DNA of 64,000 nt, taken from NCBI GenBank assembly GCA_012517355.1, contig JAAYVD010000050.1:23350-87349 (forward strand), read 5' to 3'. This DNA is from Candidatus Rifleibacteriota bacterium. Lineage in GTDB: Bacteria; Muiribacteriota; Ozemobacteria; Ozemobacterales; Ozemobacteraceae. Shown here one piece after another: positions 25,301-35,235 of the stretch (its first letter is position 1; each line of letters opens with the position of its first letter). Under the pieces are notes generated by a model. That model saw only the letters and a program-made list of their open reading frames with translations, was not told the DNA's origin and did no database searches. The translations under genes were made by a program, and so were the position numbers.

Positions 25301-26849
25301 AGCCATTGAGCTTCTTGGGCAACCGGATCTTCGGCACCACGTTTTTGACCTTCTCGCCCAGCGTGCCGTTCTTCGCCGCTTCGACGGCCTGGCCGGCCGC
25401 TTCGGCCTGCCCCTTCCGCACCTTCGCCTCGTGCTGTTCGCGCTGCCGCTTGATCTCCTCCTGCGCCCGGAAGACATATCCCATCACGCTGGGGCTCGGC
25501 TCGAGCCCGGGGGCAGGTTGCACCGGCCGGGTCGCCCCGTCGGCGGTGCTGGTCACGAAGCCGGCCCGCTGGCCGGCCGCGACCGTATACACTTCGGTCT
25601 CGCCAGGCACGCGCGCGGACAGCGTCCCTTCCTTCATCTCGATCACCGTCACCACCTGGTCCGCTTCCTGGCGCACGGTGACCAGGCCGTCGATCCCGTC
25701 GATGAAGTCACGCAGGTGGAAGGTGCCTTCGCCTTCCTGCAGCACCAGACCCTGGCCCTCTTCGGGGGTAAGCTTCAGCACCTGGCAGCCAGGGCGTGGC
25801 CCGGCCGCGACGAACAGCCCCTCGCCGAGGTGGGCCTCCTTGACGGCCACTTCGGGGATGATCATCGGGTATTTCTGCACCGGGAACCGGCGCTCGTCGA
25901 TCTCCGGTTTGAAGGCATCGCCGACCAGCTTCTTTCCCCAACTCCGCAAGGCCTTGCCCGCCTGGTTGAGGTCCTGCAGGTTCCCGCCCAGTCGCTGGGC
26001 CCACTCGGAAACGCGATTGCCAAAGATCCGGCCCATCTGGCCGCCGAGATTCAGCCGCTGCAGGGGCATCGACAGCCCTCCGCCCTGGAAGCCGAGCAGC
26101 CCCTGCCGCGTCGAGGCCAGCCCGTGCAGGGCCTCGCCGATCTGGCCGAAACTCTGCCGGATCCGTTCGAGGGGCTGGAACCGGCGCACGTCGCCGAACC
26201 CGCTGGCGAAACCCTTGTCGAGACCCATCAGCACCCGGTTGAAGACCGAGATGCCCTCGCCCGCCTTCAGCCGGCGCGTGCCTTTCGAGGTCTGGTTGGT
26301 CAGTTCGACCTCGCCCTCGATCACGTCGACCATCGTGCCGCCGGCGTTGTCGATGCCGATCTCCACCCCGGGCGTCTGCAGCAGGCGCTGGAAACTGTCG
26401 GTCATCTCGACCTCGAACAGGGTTCCCTTGACGGCCGCCACCACATCGGCGGTCTGCACCTTGAAGTCGCTGCCCGAAACCACCTTGAACAGGAAATGCC
26501 CCTGCTGCGCCTTGAGCTGGGCCACCCCCTTCTCGCCGAGCACCAGGGGCACCTCGAACAGGCTGCCTTCCTTGACGGCCAGCACGCAGGTGTCCTTCAG
26601 CATCAGCTCGGCCGCGCTCTGCACCGCGGTGCGGACCTTGTCCCCCCCGTCGAGCCGCTTGAGCGCCCCGGCCAGTTTGAGGTTGGACGGCACCGGCTTG
26701 AACGCGGGCGCCTGCCCCTTCTTGACCTCGACCTTCCCCTCGACCTTGATCAGCTCGGAGGCGGAAAGGGCATCGGCGGCGCCGGCCGGAGCGCCCGCCA
26801 GGGCGAGAACGAAGGCCAGGAACAGGGTCGGAAACGAACGGCTGGTCAT
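25290..26849 (-). CDS. Secreted FecR-domain protein, 519 aa.
   Basis: Signal peptide MTSRSFPTLFLAFVLALAGAPAGAADA. FecR-like beta-rich region (GTLFEVEMTD...VIEGEVELTN). Immediately upstream of, and co-oriented with, the CHASE2-cyclase gene. Start taken at the internal Met with a signal peptide; the longer ORF extension was rejected. Confidence 0.55.
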   Translation of the reverse strand: MTSRSFPTLFLAFVLALAGAPAGAADALSASELIKVEGKVEVKKGQAPAFKPVPSNLKLAGALKRLDGGDKVRTAVQSAAELMLKDTCVLAVKEGSLFEVPLVLGEKGVAQLKAQQGHFLFKVVSGSDFKVQTADVVAAVKGTLFEVEMTDSFQRLLQTPGVEIGIDNAGGTMVDVIEGEVELTNQTSKGTRRLKAGEGISVFNRVLMGLDKGFASGFGDVRRFQPLERIRQSFGQIGEALHGLASTRQGLLGFQGGGLSMPLQRLNLGGQMGRIFGNRVSEWAQRLGGNLQDLNQAGKALRSWGKKLVGDAFKPEIDERRFPVQKYPMIIPEVAVKEAHLGEGLFVAAGPRPGCQVLKLTPEEGQGLVLQEGEGTFHLRDFIDGIDGLVTVRQEADQVVTVIEMKEGTLSARVPGETEVYTVAAGQRAGFVTSTADGATRPVQPAPGLEPSPSVMGYVFRAQEEIKRQREQHEAKVRKGQAEAAGQAVEAAKNGTLGEKVKNVVPKIRLPKKLNGWLR

Positions 26850-28120
26850 GGGGCAACCTCCATCGGATGAACGTCGGAATGCGATGATCGGGAAACCGGT
26901 CGGGCCGGGCGGACCGCGCGGGCCGCCCCGTACAGGTGCAACAAGGGTTGGGCGAAGCGGGCCCGCCAGGCCGCCTCGTTGTGCGCGGCATGCGGGATCT
27001 CGTGGTAGGCATACCCCGGCCCCGCCGACCCCGCCTGCCGCCAGGCCCGGTCGAACCGGCGGCAGAAGGCCAGCGCCTCCTCGCCTTCGGCCAACCCGAT
27101 ATCGACCCAGAGGCGCGGCCCCCCCGCGGCCGGACGATGAGCCACGGCCCAGGGGATGATCCCGCCGTCGGCCCACCAGAAGGACGGCGACATCGAGACG
27201 ACCGCCCCGAACACGTCGGGATGCGTGAGCCCCAGGTAGAGGGAAATGAGCCCGCCCAGCGACGAACCGCCGACGGCCGTGGCCGCCGCCCCACGCCGGG
27301 TGCGGAACCGGGCGTCGATGGCGGGTTTCAGCTCCTCGACCAGGAACCGGCCGTAGCGGTCACCCTTCCCCCCGCCGTGCTTCGGGTCGGGAAACGGCGT
27401 GTACTCGTCCATGCGGGCGGCCGTGTTGCCCACGCCCACCACGATGATCTCCTCGATCTGGCCGGTGCGCGACAGTTCGTCGACCGTTTCGTCGACACCC
27501 CAGTCGACTCCGCCGAACGAACTGGCCGGGTCGAACAGGTTGTTCCCGTCGTGCAGGTACAACACCGGATACCGCCGGGTCCGGGCCGCCGCCGTGTCGT
27601 AGGAGGGCGGCAGCAGCACCCAGACCGACCGCTTGTCGGGAAGGAACTTCGACGGCACGTCCTTCAGCCACACGTGCTTTCCGGTGATCTCGGGGGCAGG
27701 GGCGGCCACCTGGTCGGCCCAGGCCTCCACCGTGAACCTGGCCTCCACCGGCCCGGGGCCGGCCACCTCGCAGGTGCGATTGGGAATCTCGTGGCCGGCC
27801 GCCGACTTCTCGACGCGGGCGAAATCGCCCCGGGTGAACTTGAACTCGAGCCGCGTGCCGGCAGGAAAGGCGCCGGCGAAGCGGAACCGCCCCGGTCCCG
27901 CCGGGTCGAGCGCCACGCCGCTGCCCTTCCAGGACCCGAGCGAGGGATGGTTCCCGATCACGAAGATCCGCTCCCCGGCCGGCGTCCCGGCCGGCACCCC
28001 CACCTCGAACCGGCACGGCACCATCCCCGCGGAAGCTCCCGCGGCACCGAGGGCGAGGGCGCACAAGGCCAGGACGACCAGCCCCCGGCGCACCGGGGGA
28101 CGGAGCACGATTCCCGTCAT
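26846..28120 (-). CDS. Secreted esterase (esterase D / enterochelin-esterase-like alpha/beta hydrolase) with an N-terminal CBM20-like beta-sandwich domain, 424 aa.
   Basis: Signal peptide MTGIVLRPPVRRGLVVLALCALALGAAGA. CBM-like RFEVGVPAGTPAGERIFVIGNHPSLGSWK...LEFKFTRGDF. Esterase motifs YPVLYLHDGNN and GGSSLGGLISLYLG. Its stop overlaps the FecR-gene start by 4 nt. Confidence 0.6.
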   Translation of the reverse strand: MTGIVLRPPVRRGLVVLALCALALGAAGASAGMVPCRFEVGVPAGTPAGERIFVIGNHPSLGSWKGSGVALDPAGPGRFRFAGAFPAGTRLEFKFTRGDFARVEKSAAGHEIPNRTCEVAGPGPVEARFTVEAWADQVAAPAPEITGKHVWLKDVPSKFLPDKRSVWVLLPPSYDTAAARTRRYPVLYLHDGNNLFDPASSFGGVDWGVDETVDELSRTGQIEEIIVVGVGNTAARMDEYTPFPDPKHGGGKGDRYGRFLVEELKPAIDARFRTRRGAAATAVGGSSLGGLISLYLGLTHPDVFGAVVSMSPSFWWADGGIIPWAVAHRPAAGGPRLWVDIGLAEGEEALAFCRRFDRAWRQAGSAGPGYAYHEIPHAAHNEAAWRARFAQPLLHLYGAARAVRPARPVSRSSHSDVHPMEVAP

Positions 28121-28468
28121 AATGCCTCCTGCCGGGCAGGCCGCGAATCTTCGAGCCTTCCGGGCGGGGCCAAGTATACGCCAAACCCGTTCCGTTTGCA
28201 CCCCAACCCAAGCCCGGGCAGCGATCCCCTGCCCGGCCATCCTCGGGGTGGCCCCGGAGAGGCGGGCCGCCCACCCCTCACCCGGCGACTGCCCCCCGTC
28301 CTCCAGAACTCGCGGCATCCGGGCGGCGGCGGCCCCAGCCCCGTCAGCCCACCCCCCTCCTACCCCGGAGAAGGCCACCGGCCGGGAAGGAAATGCCCGC
28401 CGGGGACTCCGGCGGGCGAAGGTAGGGATGGAGGAATGCAGAACGGGGAACCCTGAAGGGACAAGGGA

Positions 28469-29107
28469 TCACTTGATGGGGATGCGGATGCCCTCTTCGG
28501 GCGGGGTGCTGGGATCGATCGGCAGGGTGACGGTCAGGACACCATTGTCATAGGTCGCCGCCGCCTGGGAGGCGATGACACGGCGCGGCAGCTCGAAGAC
28601 CTGCGAAAAGCTCCCGTAGGAGATCTCCTCCCGGAAGGCCTTCTGGTCCTTGTCTTCCTTCGTCACCGATTTCCGTTCGGAGGACAGGATCAGGGAACGG
28701 TCCTTCAGGCGCAGGTTGATGGCCGACTTGTCGTGGCCGGGAAGGTCGATGGTGACCACGAGATGGTCACCCGACTGGGTGATGTTGGACCGGGCGGCCG
28801 AACCGCCCGACCACAGGCCCATCGCCGGGGATCCGCGCTTGCCGCCCAAGGGGAACCCGAAGTCGTCGTCGAACCACCGGGGGAACCGTCCGAAGCGGAA
28901 CGGCGATTCCATCAGTTTGTCCATTTTTTCTTCCATGGACCGTACCATGTCCTCGATGGAGGCCGGGGGCTGGTCCGCCGTCGACTTGGGCTGCAGGGTC
29001 ACGGCCCCGGAGGCCTGATCCTGCTCCTCCGCACGGATCATCAACGGAACCAGTCCGGCCACCACCACCACCGACAACACCAGGAACCAAATCCAGGGAC
29101 GCTTCAT
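28469..29107 (-). CDS. Periplasmic small heat-shock protein (Hsp20/alpha-crystallin family) with a signal peptide, 212 aa.
   Basis: Signal peptide MKRPWIWFLVLSVVVVAGLVPLMIRA. Alpha-crystallin domain ITQSGDHLVVTIDLPGHDKSAINLRLKDRSLILSSER...FSQVFELPRRV...ATYDNGVLTVTLP. Confidence 0.7.
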   Translation of the reverse strand: MKRPWIWFLVLSVVVVAGLVPLMIRAEEQDQASGAVTLQPKSTADQPPASIEDMVRSMEEKMDKLMESPFRFGRFPRWFDDDFGFPLGGKRGSPAMGLWSGGSAARSNITQSGDHLVVTIDLPGHDKSAINLRLKDRSLILSSERKSVTKEDKDQKAFREEISYGSFSQVFELPRRVIASQAAATYDNGVLTVTLPIDPSTPPEEGIRIPIK

Positions 29108-29563
29108 TGTCAGGCCCTCCTTTCCAGAATCGTTCACCGGAATCGATCACCCCTGTTGACCGCCACATCGCGAGAAAGGTTCCCGGAAAGTTCACGGCCT
29201 GCCGGAAACCCCCGGAAACCCCCGCCGCGTCTTTTCTGGAGACTTCAGCATTTCGACGGAAACCTCGAAAGCTGCAGGGGAAAGGGAGAAAGGGGGGAAA
29301 TGGCGAAGGGAGTCGCCAGCACGATCTGCGCAATCAGCATCGATGGGTGGATGAAGAACGTGGTTTCCCAGGCCCGAAAAGGGTTCCGGGGGCTCTGCCA
29401 GCGGTGAAATGAAGGGCAAAGCCCCTTCGGCAGGCATGGTCGGGGATCGACCTCTTTTTTCCCTTCCACCCCTGTGATAGAGTGTCCTCCGTCGGTCTCC
29501 GGCAGGGCCACCCCCACCGGAACCAGCGGTCACCAACCCGCATTCCACCTGGGAGGATCACCC

Positions 29564-32500
29564 ATGGCTCGTTCCTTCGCCGGTCACCCCCTGCGCCTGT
29601 TCCTCGTCGGCCTGATCGCCGTCCTGTCCGCTTTGTCCGTGATCGTCGGCTGCGGCGGGGGCGGCGGGGGCAACACCGATGCCTTCACCACCGGCGCGAC
29701 GGTCGCCCTCACCGGCCTCGTCACCCGCGAAGGCGCGACCACGTCGGTGCGCGGATCAGGAGCCATCCGGGGTTCCCCGGTGGCCGGGGCGGAGGTCTAC
29801 ATCCAGGAGGATCCTTTGCGCCGGAGCACCACCGACAGCGAGGGCCGCTACCGGTTGCTCGACCTCCCCGTCAGTCTCGCTCGCTTCAACGTGGTGGCCA
29901 GTTGGACCGAAGGCGGCACCGTCTGGAAGAACCGCACGCCGGTAACCAATACCGGGGTCAGTTCCGAACTGACCGGGGACGTGAAGGTCGAACAGGCCAC
30001 CGCCCGCGTGGAGGGCCGCCTGCTCGACGCCAACGGCAATCCCCTGGCGGAAGGCACCATCCTGACCCTGTGGGGCGAAATCTTCCGGGTCCTCACCGAC
30101 GGGCGGTTCGTTTCCCCGCCGCTCCCACCATCGGCCGCGACCGCCGAGATCACCTTCGCCGGAGACGCCGGCCAGGCCCCGGCCACCATGACCGCCCCGC
30201 TCACCACGGGTGACCTGCCCGCCATCATCGAAGTGCAGCTGGTCAGCCGCACCGCGCCGCCCAATGCCCCGCCGTCCGCTCTGCTCACCGCCAAAGTGAG
30301 CGGTCAGGAGGTCACCAAGGTGGCCCCCAAGGCCCAGGTCAGCCTGGCCCTGCAGGTGATCGACCCCGATCCCAACCACGCCACCCTCGCCACCAACGTC
30401 TGGACGAAGACCCGCGGCGAGCTCGCCCAGACCGCGAATGTCCTCACCAACACCTGGACCGCCCCCGACCTGCCGGGGCAGGCCACCATCACCGTCCGCG
30501 TCACCGACCCGCTCGGGGCCGTCGCCACCGCCCAGCTGCGGCTGGTGATCGAAGGCGCCTTGACCGCCACGAAGGAGATCACCGCCTTCCGCTTCCCCGC
30601 CGGCACCCTGAATTCCGGCCTCGCCACCGACGCCGTGGCCATCATCGGCGGCACCGCCATCCAGCTGCAGGTGCCCAACGGCGTGTCCCGCGTCGGGCTG
30701 ATCCCCGAGATCACGCACACCGGCATCGACGTCGTGCCGCGCTCCGGCATCGGCCAGGACTTCAGCCAGCCGGTCACCTACAAGGTCACCGCCGCCGACT
30801 GGTCGACGAAGGAATTCACCGTCACCGTCAACGAGGGTCCCGACACCACCGCCCCGGCCATCGTCACCCTCACGCCCGCGAACGGCGCCACCACGGCCGC
30901 CCTCGACGCCAACCTCGTCATCACCTTCAACGAGATCATCGCCAAGGGAACCGGCAACCTGGTCATCCGCCAGGCCAGTGACGGGGCCATCCTCGAAACC
31001 ATCGACGTCTCCGCGACCGAGGTGACCGTCAACGGCACCCAGGCCACCATCAACCCCGCCGTCACCTTCTCCCCCTCGGGGACCTACTACGTCGAACTGG
31101 CCCCGGGCGCGTTCAAGGACCTCGCCGGCAACCTGTTCACCGGCATCTCCGGAGCCACCACCTGGCGCTTCTCCACCCCGGCCCCGGCCGACACCACCGC
31201 CCCCACCATCGCCGCCCTCACCCCGGCCGACGACAGCGCCACCGCCGCCCCCGATGCCGACCTGGTCATCGTCTTCAGCGAGAACGTCCTGAAGGGAACC
31301 GGCGCCATCACCGTCCGGAACGACACCGACGGCACCACCCTCGAAACCATCGACGTCACCTCGACCCGCGTCACCATCCGAGACGCCCAGGTCACCATCG
31401 ACCTCTCCCAGACCCTGCTGCCTTCGAAGGCCTTCCACGTAGAGATCGCCGCCACCTGCTTCAAGGATGCCGTCGGCAACGCCTTCGCGGGCATCGCCGA
31501 CTCCACCACCTGGAACTTCTCCACCCCCGCCCCCGCCGACACCACTGCCCCCGCCGTGGCCTCCTTCACCCCGGCCTCCGGGTCGGTCAATGTGGGCGTC
31601 GAGACCAACCTCGCCATCACCTTCACCGAGAACGTCCTGCCCGGAACCGGCAACCTGGTCATCTTCGACGGCCCCACCGGCGCCGTCTTCGAGACCATCG
31701 CCGGCAATTCCGGCCAGGTGACCATCGCCGACCGCCTGGTCACCGTCAACCCCGCGGCCGTCTTCACCTTCGGCCGCCCCTACTACGTCACCATCGCCGC
31801 AGGCTTCGTCCAGGACGCCGCCGGCAACGCCTATCCGGGATACACCGCCACCACCACCTGGTCCTTCACCGCCGCCGCGGCCCCCGACACCACCGCCCCC
31901 ACCCTCCAGTCTCTCTCCCCGGCCGACAACGCCACCACCGTCGCCACCGACGCCAACCTCGTCCTCACCTTCACCGAGAGCGTCACGAAGAAGACCGGAA
32001 CCATCGTCATCCACGACGACACGGCCGGCACCGTCTTCGAGAACATCGACGTCACTTCCGGCCTGGTGACCGTGTCCGGGAACCTGGTCACCATCAATCC
32101 CGCCGGGGTCTTCACGGCGGGCCGCTCCTACCACGTGACCGTCGCCGCCACCTGCTTCGTCGACGCCGCCAACAACGCGTTCGCCGGCATCACCGACGCC
32201 ACCACCTGGAACTTCTCGGTGCCCGTGCCCCCCGACACCACCGCCCCCGCCGTGGCCTCCTTCAGCCCGGTCAACGGCGCCACCAACGTGGCGGTCGGTT
32301 CCGACCTCGTCGTCACCTTCAACGAGACCGTCGTGAAGGGAACCGGCAACATCCTGATCAGGAACGATACGGACGGCACCACCTTCGAGACCATCGACGT
32401 GGCCGGCGGCCTGGTGACGGTCTCCGGCGCCCAGGTCACCATCAACCCCGCGGGCACGCTCACCGCCAGCAAGACCTTCCACGTCGAGATCGCCGCCACC

Positions 32501-34963
32501 TGCTTCAAGGACGCCGCCAACAACGCCTTCCCCGGCTTCACCTCGGCCGCCGTCTGGTCCTTCGCGACGCCGGCCCCCACCGACACCACCCCGCCCACCG
32601 TCTCCGTCCTTTCCCCACCCGACGGCGCCACCACCGTGGCCACCGACGCCAACCTCGTCCTCACCTTCAGCGAGAACGTGGTGAAGGGAACCGGCAATCT
32701 CGTCATCAAAAACGATTCCGACGGCACCATCTTCGAGACCATCGACGTCACCTCCGGCCTCGTGACCGTGTCCGGCAACCAGGTCACCGTCAACCCCGCC
32801 GGCACCTTCGCCCCAAGCAAGAACTGGCACGTCGAGATCGCCGCCACCTGCTTCAAGGATGCCGCCAACAACGCGTTCGCCGGCATCACCGACGCCACCA
32901 CCTGGAACTTCTCGACCCCGGCCCCCGCCGACACCACCGCCCCCACGGTGACCGCGTTCTCCCCGCTCGACGGCGCCACCAGCGTGCCCGCCGGCACCAA
33001 CCTGGTCATCACCTTCAGCGAGAACGTCGTCAAGGGAACCGGCAACCTCGTCATCAGGAACGATTCCGACGGCACCACCTTCGAGACGATCGACGTGACC
33101 GCGGCCAACGTCACCGTCTCGGCCAACCAGGTGACGATCGACCCGGCCGGCACCCTCGGCAGCCTGAAGAACTACCACGTCGAGATCGCCGCCACCTGCT
33201 TCCGCGACGCCGCCGGCAACCCCTTCGCCGGCATCGCCAACGCCACCACCTGGAACTTCTCCTCGCGCGGCGAGATCGACCAGGCCGCCGACCTGCTGAT
33301 CACCGAAGTCAGCACGCGGTTCTACTCCAACGTGCCTCTGTTCATCGAGGTCTACAACGACACCGACGGGACCCTCCAGTTGGCCGACTATTCCCTGCGG
33401 TGCTGGTCCCTCCCCTCGGGTGGAGGCGTGCCCGCCCCCAGGACCTACACCCTGCCCTCCCTGTCCATCGCCCCCCGCACCTTCGCCCTCCTGGTCACCA
33501 ACGTCACCACCAACCAGTTCGCCACCTCCCGGTCGGTGCTGATCAACCCCACCGCCGACGGCTATCTGCCCTACTGGGCGGGCGACGGATTCGTCGAACT
33601 GGTCAAGGCCGGCCAGACCACCGACTTCGTCCGGTTCGGCACCAATTCCACCCCCCCGACCACCGGCACCTGGGGAACCAACGCCCCCGCCCTCGAGTCG
33701 GGCACCGACGGCGTCTACGGCAAATCCCTCCAGCGCGCCCGCAGCCTGGCCGACACCGACACCGGCACCGACTGGACCTTCCGCCAGTATGCCACCCCGG
33801 CCGGCCCCAACGACGTGCTCTCCGACACCGACCTCGACCTCGACGGCATCCCCGATTCCTGCGAAGCGCCCGGCCAGACCTACGTCGGCCTGCCCCTCTA
33901 CGACTGGGGCGCCCGCACCAACCAGAAGGACCTGTTCATCCACGTCGCCCACATGGATTCCACCGACCCCGGCGTCACGCCCCGCAAGGAAGCCCTGGCC
34001 AAGGTCGCCGCGGCGTTCGCCCCCCACGGCTTCGTCCTGCACTTCGATGCCGGCACCCTTTACGGGTCGACCCCGGCCGACTACAACCTCGACAACACCT
34101 CCCACCGGATCCCGCTGTCGACGAAGATGACCTTGAGCACCGTCACCGGCTCGGCCAATCTCTACGAGGTCAAGGCGCAATCCATCGACCTGGCCAAGCG
34201 GCACGTCTTCTATTTCTGCGTCTTCGCCTACGAGGAATACTACGGCGCCGCGGGCAAGGGCGAGGTCAACGGCAACGACTTCCTCGTCGCCCTCGGCAAC
34301 AACGGCCTGAAAACCACCCCGGGCGAGGACCTCACCTACCTGATCAACCAGCAGGCTTCGACCCTGATGCACGAGTTCGGCCACAATCTCGGCCTGCGCC
34401 ACGGCGGCGGAGAAGAGGTCAACTACAAGCCCAACTACCGGTCGATCATGAACTACCTCTACTCGAACTACGGCCTTCCCCAGATCGGTAACGTCCGCGA
34501 AGGAGATCGCTACTACCACGAAAAGTGGTATCTCGCCGGCTTCCCCCGCCCCGGCGCCTTCTCCCAGTATTTCCCCAGCGGCACCAAGGACCTCCACAAC
34601 AACCCCTGGAGCGCCTCGTTCACCATGGACTTCTCCGAAGGGAAGGGCGGCACCCTCAACGAGGCCAGCCTGAACGAGCCGGCCGGCCTGCTCTACCCGG
34701 GCAGCACGGGCGTCGACTGGAACGGCGACATGGTCACCACCTCGACCGGCCTCGCGCTGGACGTCAACTTCAGCAGCAACTCCATCGAGTCCTACGGCGA
34801 TTACAACGACTGGGCCAACCTCGCCATCGTCTTCGCCCGCAAGACCGCCGGGGTCTCGAACGCCCCGGGCGGCTCCGAGCCGCGCCCCTATGTGTTCGCC
34901 ATCGACGACTGCCAGGAGGTGGCCACCGAGACCCCGCGCCTCCTGCCCCACCAGATGCCCTGA
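29564..34963 (+). CDS. Large surface lipoprotein, about 1800 aa: about 8 tandem Ig-like (SbsA/Big_5-type) repeats, a lamin-tail domain (LTD) and a C-terminal metzincin zinc metalloprotease domain.
   Basis: ATG at 29564 is 7 nt after GGGAGG. Lipobox-like LSALSVIVGC followed by a poly-Gly stretch. Repeats of about 100 aa: DTTAPxVxSxSPxxGATxVxxDxNLVxTFSExVVKGTGNLVIRNDxDGTxFETIDVTS...NPAGTxxxxKxYHVEIAATCFKDAAxNAFAGI. LTD: LLITEVSTRFYSNVPLFIEVYNDTDGTLQLADYSL. Protease: HEFGHNLGLRHGG (HExxHxxGxxH) with a downstream SIMNY Met-turn. Confidence 0.8.
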   Translation: MARSFAGHPLRLFLVGLIAVLSALSVIVGCGGGGGGNTDAFTTGATVALTGLVTREGATTSVRGSGAIRGSPVAGAEVYIQEDPLRRSTTDSEGRYRLLDLPVSLARFNVVASWTEGGTVWKNRTPVTNTGVSSELTGDVKVEQATARVEGRLLDANGNPLAEGTILTLWGEIFRVLTDGRFVSPPLPPSAATAEITFAGDAGQAPATMTAPLTTGDLPAIIEVQLVSRTAPPNAPPSALLTAKVSGQEVTKVAPKAQVSLALQVIDPDPNHATLATNVWTKTRGELAQTANVLTNTWTAPDLPGQATITVRVTDPLGAVATAQLRLVIEGALTATKEITAFRFPAGTLNSGLATDAVAIIGGTAIQLQVPNGVSRVGLIPEITHTGIDVVPRSGIGQDFSQPVTYKVTAADWSTKEFTVTVNEGPDTTAPAIVTLTPANGATTAALDANLVITFNEIIAKGTGNLVIRQASDGAILETIDVSATEVTVNGTQATINPAVTFSPSGTYYVELAPGAFKDLAGNLFTGISGATTWRFSTPAPADTTAPTIAALTPADDSATAAPDADLVIVFSENVLKGTGAITVRNDTDGTTLETIDVTSTRVTIRDAQVTIDLSQTLLPSKAFHVEIAATCFKDAVGNAFAGIADSTTWNFSTPAPADTTAPAVASFTPASGSVNVGVETNLAITFTENVLPGTGNLVIFDGPTGAVFETIAGNSGQVTIADRLVTVNPAAVFTFGRPYYVTIAAGFVQDAAGNAYPGYTATTTWSFTAAAAPDTTAPTLQSLSPADNATTVATDANLVLTFTESVTKKTGTIVIHDDTAGTVFENIDVTSGLVTVSGNLVTINPAGVFTAGRSYHVTVAATCFVDAANNAFAGITDATTWNFSVPVPPDTTAPAVASFSPVNGATNVAVGSDLVVTFNETVVKGTGNILIRNDTDGTTFETIDVAGGLVTVSGAQVTINPAGTLTASKTFHVEIAATCFKDAANNAFPGFTSAAVWSFATPAPTDTTPPTVSVLSPPDGATTVATDANLVLTFSENVVKGTGNLVIKNDSDGTIFETIDVTSGLVTVSGNQVTVNPAGTFAPSKNWHVEIAATCFKDAANNAFAGITDATTWNFSTPAPADTTAPTVTAFSPLDGATSVPAGTNLVITFSENVVKGTGNLVIRNDSDGTTFETIDVTAANVTVSANQVTIDPAGTLGSLKNYHVEIAATCFRDAAGNPFAGIANATTWNFSSRGEIDQAADLLITEVSTRFYSNVPLFIEVYNDTDGTLQLADYSLRCWSLPSGGGVPAPRTYTLPSLSIAPRTFALLVTNVTTNQFATSRSVLINPTADGYLPYWAGDGFVELVKAGQTTDFVRFGTNSTPPTTGTWGTNAPALESGTDGVYGKSLQRARSLADTDTGTDWTFRQYATPAGPNDVLSDTDLDLDGIPDSCEAPGQTYVGLPLYDWGARTNQKDLFIHVAHMDSTDPGVTPRKEALAKVAAAFAPHGFVLHFDAGTLYGSTPADYNLDNTSHRIPLSTKMTLSTVTGSANLYEVKAQSIDLAKRHVFYFCVFAYEEYYGAAGKGEVNGNDFLVALGNNGLKTTPGEDLTYLINQQASTLMHEFGHNLGLRHGGGEEVNYKPNYRSIMNYLYSNYGLPQIGNVREGDRYYHEKWYLAGFPRPGAFSQYFPSGTKDLHNNPWSASFTMDFSEGKGGTLNEASLNEPAGLLYPGSTGVDWNGDMVTTSTGLALDVNFSSNSIESYGDYNDWANLAIVFARKTAGVSNAPGGSEPRPYVFAIDDCQEVATETPRLLPHQMP

Positions 34964-35235
34964 CCCTGGCCGGCCCCCCAGCGACGCCCGCCTCCGACCT
35001 GGAGGCGGGCGTCGCCCTTTGCCGCTCGTCGCGATACCTGGACCCCGAAATCACGCCGCCCGGATCCTCCAGGCCGACCGGTGGTGGCCGATTCCCACCA
35101 GGGCCGACCGCCAGGATGCCCCCTCGGCTGATCCACGTCCAGCCACGCTCATTCACGGCGAGGCGGCAAAGGGGAAGCCCTTCCGACCTCGTGTCGGTCG
35201 GGTGCGGGAAAGGAAAGGAGGGACCCGGCGGCCCC

